This document shows positions 39,639 through 50,048 of a DNA stretch of 64,000 nt, piece after piece (position 1 is the first letter of the stretch; each line of letters opens with the position of its first letter). The notes below the pieces were generated by a model that had not been told where the DNA came from, did not search any database, and saw nothing but the letters and a program-made list of their open reading frames with translations. The translations under genes and the position numbers were made by a program. Source of the stretch: Planctomycetota bacterium (GTDB lineage: Bacteria; Planctomycetota; GCA-002687715; CAIWVZ01). The stretch is from assembly GCA_044222185.1 (NCBI GenBank), contig JBGANV010000004.1, positions 288,001 through 352,000 of the forward strand, given 5' to 3'.

Positions 39639-40289
39639 TCAATCGTGCTTTTCAGCCGCGCCGTCCTTCGCCTTCGGAGCGGAGGCCTTGGCCTTCTCCA
39701 GCGTCTTCGCCGCGTCCTTCTTCACGTCCTCCACGGCGTCCTTGGATCCGAGGTGGACCAGGTTGTCGCCGATGAGGCAGAACGTGTTGTCGGCGACCGG
39801 CTTGCCCGAGACCGGGCAGGTCTTGTTGCCGACGTCGACCACCTTCGCGTTCGAGAGCCTGGTCACGATGATGTCGCCGTTCGCCAGAGCCGGCTTCACG
39901 CAGTCCTTGCAGCAGACTTTGAACTCGAAACCCTGGTACTGCACTTTCACGCCATCTTTCTCGATGGCGTGGCCTGAGATCGGGCAGGTCTTCGTCTCGA
40001 GCGCCTTCGTCTCCGGATAGGCCTTCGCATAGAGGGCGTCGGTGTCCTTGCCGGCATTGCCCTGGCACTTCTTGCAGCAGAGGCCGATCGTGCCCTTGTC
40101 CGTGTGGACCGAGAACGCGGGCCTCGTCGGCTTGTGCATCATCGGGCACTCGGCGTTGACGTATGACGGGACGGTCACCGTCATGCCTTCCTGCGCGTCG
40201 GTCTTCGGCTTCTCGGCCGGCTTGGCCTGAGCAACGGCGAACGAGGCGATCAGGGCGAACGAAAGAACGGCGATCGTGGTTCGAAGCAT
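39639..40289 (-). CDS. Exported protein with three YHS/TRASH-like Cys repeats
   Basis: CPMM...CCKKC, CPISG...CCKDC and a degenerate CPVSG repeat; signal peptide; GGAGG RBS. Confidence 0.8.
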   Translation of the reverse strand: MLRTTIAVLSFALIASFAVAQAKPAEKPKTDAQEGMTVTVPSYVNAECPMMHKPTRPAFSVHTDKGTIGLCCKKCQGNAGKDTDALYAKAYPETKALETKTCPISGHAIEKDGVKVQYQGFEFKVCCKDCVKPALANGDIIVTRLSNAKVVDVGNKTCPVSGKPVADNTFCLIGDNLVHLGSKDAVEDVKKDAAKTLEKAKASAPKAKDGAAEKHD

Positions 40290-40656
40290 GTGTGCGTCCT
40301 CCAAGGCGTTGAGCGCGGATACTACGAGCGCCCTTCGCTGCGAAAACGGATGGGAGCGGCTCGGCATTCCCTTCGCGAAAACAGTGCCGTGGTCGCCAGG
40401 GTGCGCCCCGAGGGGGGCAGGGCTCGATCCGCACCCTGTCCGAGCGCCCGAGAATGACGCTCCGATGTCTTTAGGAACTCACTGCTTACGTCAATCGGTC
40501 GATCCGCGCTTCAGCCGGGTGCGTGTGGCGAGGCTGCCGCCGGCGACACCCGCGGCACGTCCTGCGGAGTGGACACGCGTTTCGTTGGTGTGGGGCCGCG
40601 GCCGAGTCCCCGCCGCGACCCGCCGGAGGGCGCGTTCCCGAGTTATGTTGCCGCTC

Positions 40657-41610
40657 GTGAAATCGACCACTTTCATCGTCGCCCTGGCGTTCGTTTCCAG
40701 TCTGACCGGCTGTGGCAAGTCCGAGCCCGAACCTGCGGCGAAGCCGCCGGAGGTGGTCTTCAAGAAGGCCGAGTCGACCAAGTCGCCGGACGCGGCGAAG
40801 AAGCCCGACGAGGACCTCGTCTCCGGTGCCGAAGCCACTCGGCGCGACATGGCGAAGAAGATCGTCGCCGCGTTCGCCAAGGCCAAGAACACGGACCAGA
40901 AGCTCGAAATCCTCGACAAACTGACGCGCGGCACGCTGAAGTCGCCGGAGCTCGTCGCGCCGTTGACGCCGTTGCTGAAGGACTCGGACGCCGACGTGCG
41001 CGCCTATGCGATCAAGGCCCGCGCCATGGTCTCGCCGACGGACGCGCTGACCGACGTGCTCGCCTCCATGAAGGACGAGGAGGTCTCGGTCCGGCAGTCG
41101 GCGGCCGAAGCGTTCGGGGTACTCGAGCCCGTTCCCATGGACGTCCTGTTCATGCAACTCGGCAAGGAGCGCGAGGCACAGGTTCAGCAGGCGCTGCTCA
41201 TGGTCCTGCCGAAGAAAGGTGGTCCGGCGGAAGCAGCCAAGCTCGTCGCCATGATCAAGGACCTGGACATCCACGCGGCGCCTTCGGCCATCGACTTCCT
41301 GGCCAAGTTCCCAGACCAGGCCAAGCCCCACGCCGACACCCTCGCCTGGTACCTCGACCGGGACGACGTCTCGGCCCGATTGGCCGTCGCCCGCCTCCTG
41401 GGGGAGTGGAAGATCAAGAGCAAGCCGTCGCTGATGGCACTTGCCCGTTGCCTCAACGACAACGAGCTGCCCGTCCGGAAGGCCGCGTTCGAGGCCCTGA
41501 AGGCGCTCTCGAACGACGATTTCGACTTCAATCCGGAGGGGTCCGAGGAGAGCCGCAAGGAGTCCGTAGCCAAGGCCAAGGAATGGGTTGCGAGCCTCGA
41601 CGGCAAGTAG
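40657..41610 (+). CDS. HEAT-repeat lipoprotein
   Basis: Lipobox LTGC; repeated L.D....VR..A..A motifs. Start 40657 or 40645. Confidence 0.8.
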   Translation: MKSTTFIVALAFVSSLTGCGKSEPEPAAKPPEVVFKKAESTKSPDAAKKPDEDLVSGAEATRRDMAKKIVAAFAKAKNTDQKLEILDKLTRGTLKSPELVAPLTPLLKDSDADVRAYAIKARAMVSPTDALTDVLASMKDEEVSVRQSAAEAFGVLEPVPMDVLFMQLGKEREAQVQQALLMVLPKKGGPAEAAKLVAMIKDLDIHAAPSAIDFLAKFPDQAKPHADTLAWYLDRDDVSARLAVARLLGEWKIKSKPSLMALARCLNDNELPVRKAAFEALKALSNDDFDFNPEGSEESRKESVAKAKEWVASLDGK

Positions 41611-41817
41611 GCTCGAACTTCGGCTGCGGCCTGGATCCGCAAGGCTGACCCCCCGACAGACGCTGTCCAAAGGCCTGGCTGAAGCTGGCTGGCCGGCACG
41701 GTCGATCCTCCCTCGCGGGGCGTCTTTTGGGGAGTGTGGTAACTTCCACGCCCTTCTAAGGCTGGCGTGCAGTCCTGGAGGCACGCGGCACGGGAGTGAT
41801 TCTAGGGGCGCAGAGCG

Positions 41818-43149
41818 TTGCCCGACGACGGTAGTAGTGGTTCCAACTGGCTTGCCCGTTCGGCCGTCCTGGTTCAGGACGCCAGCTCGAACACCGCCAT
41901 CATCTGGCTGACGGGCATCGTCCTGGCGGTGGTCGTGGCGTCCGAAAGCGCCATCCGCAACTCACGACGGATCCGGCTCGAAAAGCTCGTCCGGAACGAG
42001 CGACGCCGGGACACCATCATCCGGTTCCTCGAACGCGAGCCCGAACTCCTGGACTCGCTCCTCATCTTGCGGCTGATCGCGACGGTCGTGCTGACCCTCG
42101 CCATCGCCGATCACGTGTCCGAGCGGGCGCTCAGCCGCCACTTCAACGACCTGGCCCTGACGCTCGGGCTCGTCCTGCTCGTCCTGATCGTCGGCGTGTA
42201 CGGCGTCGTCCGCCAGGCCGTTCGGGCCTCGCCGGAGCAGTACCTCTTGCTCCTCTATCACCCGATCCGGATGTTCGACCGGGTGTTCCTGCCGGTCCGC
42301 TGGCTCCTCGGACAGATGGGAGCGGGGATTGCCCGTCTTCTGGGAGTCGTGCGCACCACGGAGGACGACGAGGAGGAGTTCCGCGAGGACATCCTCGATG
42401 CGGTCTCCGGCGGCGAACACACGGGCGTGCTGGGTGAGCAGCAGGCCGAGATGATCGAAAAGCTCGTGGATTTCCACGACCGCGCCGTGTCCGAGGTGAT
42501 GACGCCCCGGACCCGGATCGTCTCGCTCGCCGTCGACACCCCGCTGGCGCAGGCCGTGAAGTTCGCGGTCGATTCGGGCCATTCCCGCATCCCGCTCCAC
42601 GATGGCACGGTCGACCACGTCGTCGGAATCCTCTTCGTGAAGGACCTCCTGAAGTACTGGGACAAGGCGAAGGAACATCCACCCGCGCTGAAATCGATCA
42701 TGCGGCGCGCGCCGTTCGTGCCCGAGACGAAGCGGATCAAGGACATCCTCAAGGACTTCCAGAGCGGCGCCACGCACATGGCCATCGTCCTCGACGAGTA
42801 CGGCGGGACGGCCGGGCTCGTGACGATCGAGGACGTGGTCGAGGAGATCGTGGGGGAGATCCACGACGAGCTCGACCAGGAGGAAGCGGCCCAGCCGGAT
42901 CCGCTCGTCGTTCGCAGCGAACACGAGGCCGAGGTCTCCGCGCGCGTCCGCATCGACGAGCTGAACCAGGCGCTGAAACTCCAACTGCCCGACGACGGCA
43001 GCTACGACACGGTCGGCGGGTTCCTCTTCAGCAAGCTCGGACGCATCCCGCACCGCGGTGAGGACTACGCGTTCGAGAACATCACGTTCGAGATCCTGGA
43101 CGCGGACGAGCGGCAGATCAATCGCGTCAAGGTGATGGTCGGCGAGTGA
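41818..43149 (+). CDS. Hemolysin/CNNM family protein (TM + CBS pair + CorC_HlyC)
   Basis: VSEVMTPR, GHSRIP, HMAIVLDEYGGTAGLVTIEDVVEEIVGEI, YDTVGGF. Start uncertain. Confidence 0.9.
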   Translation: MPDDGSSGSNWLARSAVLVQDASSNTAIIWLTGIVLAVVVASESAIRNSRRIRLEKLVRNERRRDTIIRFLEREPELLDSLLILRLIATVVLTLAIADHVSERALSRHFNDLALTLGLVLLVLIVGVYGVVRQAVRASPEQYLLLLYHPIRMFDRVFLPVRWLLGQMGAGIARLLGVVRTTEDDEEEFREDILDAVSGGEHTGVLGEQQAEMIEKLVDFHDRAVSEVMTPRTRIVSLAVDTPLAQAVKFAVDSGHSRIPLHDGTVDHVVGILFVKDLLKYWDKAKEHPPALKSIMRRAPFVPETKRIKDILKDFQSGATHMAIVLDEYGGTAGLVTIEDVVEEIVGEIHDELDQEEAAQPDPLVVRSEHEAEVSARVRIDELNQALKLQLPDDGSYDTVGGFLFSKLGRIPHRGEDYAFENITFEILDADERQINRVKVMVGE

Positions 43150-43913
43150 AGGACACGGGGATCGCGACCGAAGCGATCGTCCTTCGACGCTTCGACTACA
43201 GCGAGAACAGTCAGATCGCGCGCCTCTACACGCGGTCGCACGGTCGCGTCTCGGTCATCGCCAAGGGTTCGAAGAAGCCCAACCCGGACCTGCGCGGTCC
43301 CATCGACGTCTTCTGCCTCGCGGAAGTCGCGTTCCGACCGCGAAAGCCGGAGGAACTCGCCGTGCTGACGCGGTATCGCGTGGCCACGGGCTTTCGCGGG
43401 CTTCGCCCGCGCCTCGAACGCATGGTCGCTGCGTTCTACCTGGTCGAGCTGCTGGCGGAGGGGACTCGCGACTTCGATCCGGACGAGGCCATGTTCGACC
43501 ACTTCCGCGACGCACTCGTGGCGTTGGAATCGGCGACGCCGGCCGAGTGCGACGCGGTCGTGGCTGCAACCGAGCTCGGATACCTGCGGCATGCGGGCAT
43601 CCAGCCGTCGCTGACGAGCTGTGCAGGCTGCGGCGCCGCTCCCCGCGCTGGCGCGCCCGTTTCGCTCTCACCGGGGCGGGGCGGCGTCGTGTGCGCGCGA
43701 TGCCTTCCGCCGGAGACGCCCGGTCTGATCCGTTTCACGGCCGGTCAGCTCCGCACGCTGGCTGCTCTCGCGCAGGCGGCTCCGGGGTCGGCTCACCGCA
43801 TCAGCGTCCTCGCGCGCGACCGCGAGGCCCTGCGGCGCTTCCTGGACCGCGCCCTCGAGCACGTTCTCGAAAAGGAGCTGCGCTCCGCGCCGTTCCTCCG
43901 CCGGGTGTGGTGA
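43146..43913 (+). CDS. recO: DNA repair protein RecO
   Basis: TEAIVLR..DYSE...I..LYT..HG.V..IAKG; CAGC...C.RC zinc motif. Confidence 0.92.
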   Translation: MKDTGIATEAIVLRRFDYSENSQIARLYTRSHGRVSVIAKGSKKPNPDLRGPIDVFCLAEVAFRPRKPEELAVLTRYRVATGFRGLRPRLERMVAAFYLVELLAEGTRDFDPDEAMFDHFRDALVALESATPAECDAVVAATELGYLRHAGIQPSLTSCAGCGAAPRAGAPVSLSPGRGGVVCARCLPPETPGLIRFTAGQLRTLAALAQAAPGSAHRISVLARDREALRRFLDRALEHVLEKELRSAPFLRRVW

Positions 43914-43996
43914 AACCTCGCGCGGCGACTCGCTCTCGCGAGCGGGACGGGCGGTGACACGACGCCGTGACCCCGGCGCCGTGCATCCCCAATCCC

Positions 43997-44025
43997 TTGC
44001 GGGCGTAGCGCCACCGCCATAGCAT
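43997..44025 (+). promoter_or_regulatory. Putative sigma70 promoter for bamD
   Basis: TTGCGG-N17-TAGCAT, 40 nt upstream of the ATG. Confidence 0.4.
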
Positions 44026-44065
44026 GCCGCCGCGCCGGACCCGGGGACCCGCGCACACCTCCCAG

Positions 44066-45190
44066 ATGTCGAAACGCATCGTTCCGGCTCTCCTCTTGAT
44101 CGGGCTCGTCGGCTTCCAGGCCTGCGGCAGCTTCGGCCGCAAAGTGAACCAGGCACTCCCCGAATGGATGCGCACCGAGCCCGGTGCGGAGGAAAAGGAA
44201 CGCCTCGTCCACCTTCGCAAGCGCGTCGAGGCGTCGCCGGAGGAGAAGGCGGCCCGCGCAGCGGCCTTCGCCGAGGCCAAGGCCGACTACGACGCCGAGA
44301 ACTGGAGCGCCGCAGGCGACAAGCTCGAGTCGTTCCTCAGCGACTTCCCCGCGTCCGAGTTCGACGAGGAAGGCCGCTTCCTCTGGGGCGAGGCCCGCTA
44401 CCGCGAGGAGGAACAGGTCGAAGCGTTCGCGGCCTACAAGTCCTACGCCCTGAACTACCCGGTCTCGAACCGCGCCCCGATCGTCGAGGAGCGGCTCTAC
44501 ACCATGGGGAAGGACTACATCGAGGGCAAGCACGAGACGTTCTTCGGCATCTTCAGCAACACGGGTCGCGGCGAGGACATGCTGAAGTACATCGTCCAGA
44601 CGTTCCCCAACTCGGAGCGCGCCGACGACGCCCAGTGGCTCCTCGGGCAGTACTACACCCAGGAGGAGGATTGGGAGAAGGCGGTCCCCGCATACGACTA
44701 CCTGGTGAAGGTGTACAAGGGCTCGGAGTGGTATCCGGCCGCCCGCTACCACTCCGCGTATTCGCGGTACCGACGCGTGAAGGGCAACTACTACGATCAG
44801 GTCGTCGTCACCGAGGCCCGACAGCAGTTCGCGAGCTACGTCGCGGACTTTCCGGGCGGTGAGTGGCGCGCGGACGCCGAGCGGATCATCACCGAGCTCG
44901 ACCGCATCGCAGCCGAGAAGATCCTCCTGATCGGCCAGTGGTACATGTCCCAGGACAAGCCGTACTCCGCCCGGTACTACTTCCTTCGCTGCAAGGCGCT
45001 CTACCCCGACTCGGCGGCAGCCGCCACGGCGATGGAGCACTTCCGCGAGGTTGCCGACGCCGTTCCCGAGGGCGACGACGCGGCGATCATCGAGGCCGAA
45101 GAGGCGCGGGTGCGCAACGCCGGACGCGAGAGCCGTCCGGCCAGCCGCCCGGAATCGATCCCGGATTCGGCCCCGTCGGAAAAGCGGTGA
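44066..45190 (+). CDS. bamD: Outer membrane assembly lipoprotein BamD-like (TPR)
   Basis: Lipobox FQAC, repeated (F/Y)P.S TPR motifs, 'A.K...IG.WY'; lies next to lptE. Confidence 0.75.
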   Translation: MSKRIVPALLLIGLVGFQACGSFGRKVNQALPEWMRTEPGAEEKERLVHLRKRVEASPEEKAARAAAFAEAKADYDAENWSAAGDKLESFLSDFPASEFDEEGRFLWGEARYREEEQVEAFAAYKSYALNYPVSNRAPIVEERLYTMGKDYIEGKHETFFGIFSNTGRGEDMLKYIVQTFPNSERADDAQWLLGQYYTQEEDWEKAVPAYDYLVKVYKGSEWYPAARYHSAYSRYRRVKGNYYDQVVVTEARQQFASYVADFPGGEWRADAERIITELDRIAAEKILLIGQWYMSQDKPYSARYYFLRCKALYPDSAAAATAMEHFREVADAVPEGDDAAIIEAEEARVRNAGRESRPASRPESIPDSAPSEKR

Positions 45191-45723
45191 TGGGCACGGT
45201 CCCGCGACGCTGGCTTTGCCCGTGGCTCCCGGCCGCGCTGCTGCTGGCGGTGCTTGGGTGCGGCTACTCCACCGGATCGCTCATGCCCAACGGCGTCGAG
45301 CGCATCTGCGTGGAGATGGCGCGCAACGACACCTTCTACCGGGAGGACGAGTTCCTGCTCACGCGCTACGTGACCCAGGAGCTCATCCGGCGGACGCACG
45401 TGCAGGTTCGCAAGCGCGCGGACGCGGAGGCCGTCCTCGTGATGAAGATCACGAGCCTCGACCGGGTCCCACTCGTGGAGGTGAACCGCGACGTCGTGTC
45501 GGAAGAGGGGTTGATCGGGAACGTCGAGGTCGAGCTCTACGAGCGCTCGACCGGGAAGACGATCACCAAGTTCAACCTGAAGCGCCGCTCCGAGGGGAAG
45601 GCCCCGCGGGGTGAGGACCTGACGTTCGAGCGCGACGCCCTCATGCGGGAACTCGCCGAGGACGCAGTCGTCGAGTTGCAGCACCAGTCGTTCCTCGTCG
45701 AACGCGGCTACACGAGTCCCTGA
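45190..45723 (+). CDS. lptE: LptE-like lipoprotein
   Basis: LGCGY lipobox, N.TF, 'AE..L..KI', C-terminal LAEDAV; follows bamD. Confidence 0.65.
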   Translation: MGTVPRRWLCPWLPAALLLAVLGCGYSTGSLMPNGVERICVEMARNDTFYREDEFLLTRYVTQELIRRTHVQVRKRADAEAVLVMKITSLDRVPLVEVNRDVVSEEGLIGNVEVELYERSTGKTITKFNLKRRSEGKAPRGEDLTFERDALMRELAEDAVVELQHQSFLVERGYTSP

Positions 45724-45868
45724 CGTCCGGTTCTCCATCGTCGCCCGCGGGGGCATACAGGGCGCCGCGTGTTGCGATACCATGCGGGTCCGAAATGCGC
45801 CCCCACTCCGCGACCCGTCCGACCGCTCTTTCGCGTCATCGCGTACCCCGATGCCGGAGGGCTCGGTC

Positions 45869-46726
45869 ATGACCACGCGAGTCGTGCCGCTCGGCAGGGG
45901 ACGCACGCGGAGCGCGGGGGAACCGACGGCGCTCGTCGGCATCCTGAATGTGACGCCCGACAGCTTCAGCGACGGTGGGCGTGTCGTGAACGTCGAGGAT
46001 GCGGTCGCGCGCGCGCGGGCCATGGCTGAACACGGAGCCATCGTCATCGACGTCGGCGGCGAGAGCACACGGCCCGGCGCCGAAGCGGTGAGCGAGGCCG
46101 AGGAGCTGCGCCGCGTCACACCGGTCGTGCGAGCCATCGTCGACCGCGTCGGCATCGTGGTCTCGGTCGACACGACCAAGGCCGCGGTGTTCCAGGCGGC
46201 GTGGGACGCGGGCGCGTCCATGCTGAACGACGTGAGTGCCATGGCTGCCGATCCATCCATGGCGAGCTGCGTCGCCTCCACGGACGCCGCCGTCGTCTTG
46301 ATGCACCGACGCGGCACACCTTCGACGATGGTCGCTCAGGCGAACTACACGGACGTAGCGGCGGAGGTCGCTCTCGAACTCGCCGCGGCCGTTGCGCGCG
46401 CCAGCAGTGCCGGCATCGACGCCGCGCGCGTCATCCTCGACCCGGGCCTGGGATTCGCCAAGCGGCCCTCGCACAACTGGGACCTGATCCGCTCGCTCGA
46501 AACGATCCGCGGGCAACGCTTCCCACTCATGGTCGGACCATCGCGCAAGTCGTTCCTCGGGTCCCTCACGGACCGCGCCGATCCCGCCGAGCGCGACGTC
46601 GCCACGGCTGTCGTCGTCGCGGAACTCGCACGCCTGGGAGTCGAACTCGTCCGGGTGCACGACGTGCGCGCAGCTCGCGATGCCGTGCTGGTTTCGGCAG
46701 CGCTCCACGGGGAGGGCGCCTCGTGA
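45869..46726 (+). CDS. folP: Dihydropteroate synthase
   Basis: GILNVTPDSFSDGG, DVGGESTRPG, DPGLGFAK, SRKSF, RVHDV; GGAGG RBS. Confidence 0.96.
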   Translation: MTTRVVPLGRGRTRSAGEPTALVGILNVTPDSFSDGGRVVNVEDAVARARAMAEHGAIVIDVGGESTRPGAEAVSEAEELRRVTPVVRAIVDRVGIVVSVDTTKAAVFQAAWDAGASMLNDVSAMAADPSMASCVASTDAAVVLMHRRGTPSTMVAQANYTDVAAEVALELAAAVARASSAGIDAARVILDPGLGFAKRPSHNWDLIRSLETIRGQRFPLMVGPSRKSFLGSLTDRADPAERDVATAVVVAELARLGVELVRVHDVRAARDAVLVSAALHGEGAS

Positions 46727-47514
46727 ACTGGGTCGAAGTGGCGCGGACGGCGACGGAACTCCTGATCCTCGCGACGATCATCTACGCGTTCATCCGCTTT
46801 CTGCAGGAGACGCGCGGCAGCGCCGTGCTGAAGGGATTCATCGTCGTCACGGTGGTGTTCGTCGTCGGTTTCATCACGCTCGTCGAAACGGCCAACCTCG
46901 CCCGACTGAAATGGATCGCCGACCGCGGGCTGCTCTTGTTCCTCTTCGGACTCGTCGCGGTGTTTCAGCCCGAGTTGCGCCAGGCCCTCGTTAGCCTCGG
47001 CGAATCCACGCCGCTGCGCGGATTCTCCCGTCGCCCCAGTCGGTCGGTCAACGAGGAGCTCGTTCAGGCCGCGGCGAAACTGTCGCGCGCGGGGCTCGGC
47101 GCGATTCTCCTCGTCGAGCGCGGGGACGGCATCGCCGGCTTCGCGGAGAACGCCGTGAAACTGGACGCTGTCGTGTCGGCACCGCTCCTCGTGACGATCT
47201 TCTCGAAGGACACTCCGCTTCACGACGGCGCAACCCTCGTGCGCGGGGATCGGATCATCGCGGCCGGTTGCCTTCTCCCGCTGTCGGAGAATCCCAATCT
47301 GAGCCAGACGCTCGGCACGCGGCACCGCGCGGCGCTCGGCGCGGCCGAGGAGTCGGATGCTCTCGTGATCATCGTGTCCGAGGAGACTCGGCGCATCTCC
47401 GTCGCTCAGCGCGGTCAGCTCGAGCTGGGCGTGACACTGGACCGGCTCCGCGAGCTTCTCGAGTTGCCGGCTCCCGCGGAGGAGGACGTTCCCGTGAGTG
47501 GGCAGACCGCATGA
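46723..47514 (+). CDS. cdaA: Diadenylate cyclase CdaA
   Basis: Three TM helices, FQPELR, TPLHDGA, GTRHRAA, VSEET. Confidence 0.93.
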   Translation: MNWVEVARTATELLILATIIYAFIRFLQETRGSAVLKGFIVVTVVFVVGFITLVETANLARLKWIADRGLLLFLFGLVAVFQPELRQALVSLGESTPLRGFSRRPSRSVNEELVQAAAKLSRAGLGAILLVERGDGIAGFAENAVKLDAVVSAPLLVTIFSKDTPLHDGATLVRGDRIIAAGCLLPLSENPNLSQTLGTRHRAALGAAEESDALVIIVSEETRRISVAQRGQLELGVTLDRLRELLELPAPAEEDVPVSGQTA

Positions 47515-48671
47515 CGACGGGCGACATCGCGCCGCCGCGCACGACCGGGATTCGCCGAGCCGAGGGCGGCCGGCGCGGGTTCTTCGTAGCGCTGGTGACC
47601 GAGCACGTGATCGCCAAGCTCGTCGCGTTGCTCTTTGCCGGCGTGATCATCGTCCTCATCGACCGCGAGCTCACGACGATGTTGCTCGACGCCGAATTCG
47701 ACGTGCGCATCGCCGGAGCGGCCGAGGCGCAGACGACGAACAACGGCGGTCGCCGCGTGATCCTTCTCGAGCCCGAACCCGGCGTAACCGTACAGGCGCT
47801 GGACCGCCGCACGACCCGCGTCACGATCAACGGTCTGAAGAAGTTCGCCGAGGCGCTGCAGGCCGGCAACGGCCAGGTCGGCCACGTCGTCATCAAGAGC
47901 GACTGGTTGACGCGCGACAGTCAAGGCGTGTCGCGGACGCCCCGGAAGGTCGAGGGCACCGACGTCGACTTCGGGATCCCCGGATTGAAAGTGTCCCTGA
48001 CTCCGTCGCTCCAGATCGAACTCGACCCGGAGATCGAACGCGAGCTGAAGCTCGTTGGTGATGCTCACGACGTCGCGCCCGGGCTGGTTGCCGAGGTGAC
48101 CTATGAACCGCCGTTCGTGCGGGTGCTCGGGCCGCAATCGTGGTTCCGCGGACGTGGGGCCATCGATCAAGTCAACCTCACGGTGAGCTGCGCGGGGAAG
48201 ACCGAGGCCTTCACGGACCGTGTCACCGTGCTTCCGGACGAACTCGTGCAGAAGCAGGTTCGGCTGGCGCCCGGGCAGCAGATCACGGCGAGGGTCGCGT
48301 TCCGCGACGGCGAGGACGCCACGCTGGACGTCGACCAGGTGCCGTTGAAGACCCTGGACTCGCCGGGCAGCGAGTACACGTTCGCCTTCCAGGCACCCCT
48401 CGACGGACCAAGGCCGGTCGTCACCGTGAAGCTCACGGGGAACCGCGAGGCCGTGGCGCGCTATCGCGGGGCTGCGAAGGAGGAACTGCGCGCGATCAAG
48501 GCGTGGATCAACACCGACACCGTGGTCGCGAAGCTGTCTCAGGTGCTGACGGATCCCAGCGCCGACCCGCCGGTCCAGACGGCGGACGTGCGTGTCATGG
48601 GAGTCCCCGCCGACTTGAAGGTCGTCGGCGTGACTCCCGACAAGGTCGACGTGAAGGTGCGAAAGAAGTAG
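47511..48671 (+). CDS. CdaR/YbbR-like protein
   Basis: KL.ALL.A TM, 'EPPFVRVLGP', 'P..V.V' beta repeats; lies between cdaA and glmM. Confidence 0.65.
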   Translation: MTTGDIAPPRTTGIRRAEGGRRGFFVALVTEHVIAKLVALLFAGVIIVLIDRELTTMLLDAEFDVRIAGAAEAQTTNNGGRRVILLEPEPGVTVQALDRRTTRVTINGLKKFAEALQAGNGQVGHVVIKSDWLTRDSQGVSRTPRKVEGTDVDFGIPGLKVSLTPSLQIELDPEIERELKLVGDAHDVAPGLVAEVTYEPPFVRVLGPQSWFRGRGAIDQVNLTVSCAGKTEAFTDRVTVLPDELVQKQVRLAPGQQITARVAFRDGEDATLDVDQVPLKTLDSPGSEYTFAFQAPLDGPRPVVTVKLTGNREAVARYRGAAKEELRAIKAWINTDTVVAKLSQVLTDPSADPPVQTADVRVMGVPADLKVVGVTPDKVDVKVRKK

Positions 48672-48700
48672 GCTGCGCGGAACTCAGTCGGGGGCCCCAG

Positions 48701-50044
48701 TTGACCAGGAAGTACTTCGGTACGGACGGGATTCGCGACGTCGCGGGGCGAGGCCTGCTGACGGACGATCGGGTTCGAGCGTACGGCCGTGCCTTCGGGC
48801 GGTTCGTCGCAACGCGCCATGCCGGTGGGCGAGTCCTCATCGGCCGTGACACCCGCGCTTCCGGGCCGGGCATCGTGTCCATGCTCAGCGAGGGCATCAT
48901 CGCCGCTGGCATCGACGTCGTCGACGGCGGGGTCCTGACGACGCCCGCCGTACAGGCGTTGTGTCGCGACGAGGGGTTTGCGTCCGCGATCGTCGTCTCG
49001 GCGTCGCACAACCCGGCCGAGGACAACGGGATCAAGGTTCTCGGCAGTGACGGCCGCAAGCTGGCCGACGACCTGGAAGTGGAGCTCGAAGGCCTGATCG
49101 ACGCGGACGCGCCGCTGAAGGCCACCACACCGGGGCGGCTCACCAAGGATGCGGACGCCGAGAACCGCTACGTGCACTTCATGCACGAAAGCTGCTTTCC
49201 GGCGCTCGATCTTCGAGGGCGGACGATCATCCTCGACTGCGCCCACGGAGCCGCGTCCCACCTTGGACCGCGGCTGCTGGATGCCTTCCACGCCCGCAGC
49301 TTCGTTTTTCACGCGCAGCCGGACGGTCTGAACATCAATCGGAACGTGGGTGTCTTCCACGTGGCTGACCTGAAGGACGCCGTGGTCGAAAACGCGCCCG
49401 CCATCGGCGTTGCGCTGGATGGGGACGCCGACCGCGCGCTCTTCCTGGACGAGAACGGCGTCGTGCGGGACGGCGACCACATCATGGGGCTGCTCGCGGA
49501 CGACCTGGCCCGGCGTCATCAGCTTCCGGGGCGGCTCGTCGTCACGACGGTGATGGCCAACCTGGGCCTCACGACCTACCTGAAACGCCACACGATCCAG
49601 CAGGAGACCGTTCCGGTGGGCGACCGCTACGTCTCGGCGCGCATGGCGGAGACGGGCGCCACGCTCGGCGGGGAGCAGTCGGGGCACATCATCTTCCGCA
49701 GCGGCACGCGCTGGTTTGGGGACGGGCTCTACACGGCGTTGCGAGTCCTCGACGTGATGGTTCGCAGCGGGAAGTCGCTGGCCGAACTTGCCGCCGGCAT
49801 CGAGAAGTTCCCTCAGGTCCTCATCAACGTGAAGGTGGCGACCAAGCCACCGGTCACCGAGATCCCGGGCCTGTCGGCGGCCCACGCCGCCGCAGAGAAG
49901 GAACTCGCCGACGAGGGGCGCATCGTCCTTCGATACTCGGGGACCGAATCGATCCTGCGAGTGATGGTGGAAGGCCGGCACGAGGAACTCGTCAAGCGAA
50001 TCGCCAACGACCTGGCGGACATCGTTCGCCGGGCGATCGGGTGA
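48701..50044 (+). CDS. glmM: Phosphoglucosamine mutase
   Basis: RKYFGTDGIR, SASHNP, DGDADR, GGEQSGH, RYSGTE; TTG start. Confidence 0.95.
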   Translation: MTRKYFGTDGIRDVAGRGLLTDDRVRAYGRAFGRFVATRHAGGRVLIGRDTRASGPGIVSMLSEGIIAAGIDVVDGGVLTTPAVQALCRDEGFASAIVVSASHNPAEDNGIKVLGSDGRKLADDLEVELEGLIDADAPLKATTPGRLTKDADAENRYVHFMHESCFPALDLRGRTIILDCAHGAASHLGPRLLDAFHARSFVFHAQPDGLNINRNVGVFHVADLKDAVVENAPAIGVALDGDADRALFLDENGVVRDGDHIMGLLADDLARRHQLPGRLVVTTVMANLGLTTYLKRHTIQQETVPVGDRYVSARMAETGATLGGEQSGHIIFRSGTRWFGDGLYTALRVLDVMVRSGKSLAELAAGIEKFPQVLINVKVATKPPVTEIPGLSAAHAAAEKELADEGRIVLRYSGTESILRVMVEGRHEELVKRIANDLADIVRRAIG

Positions 50045-50048
50045 CGAG

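Noticed and set aside
40290-40644. Intergenic hairpin (CAGGGTGCG...CGCACCCTG) as ncRNA or riboswitch
   Set aside because: No recognisable family motif; such stems arise easily at this GC content.
41611-41817. Possible tRNA or ncRNA in the intergenic gap
   Set aside because: No T-loop or cloverleaf, and no recognisable RNA motif.
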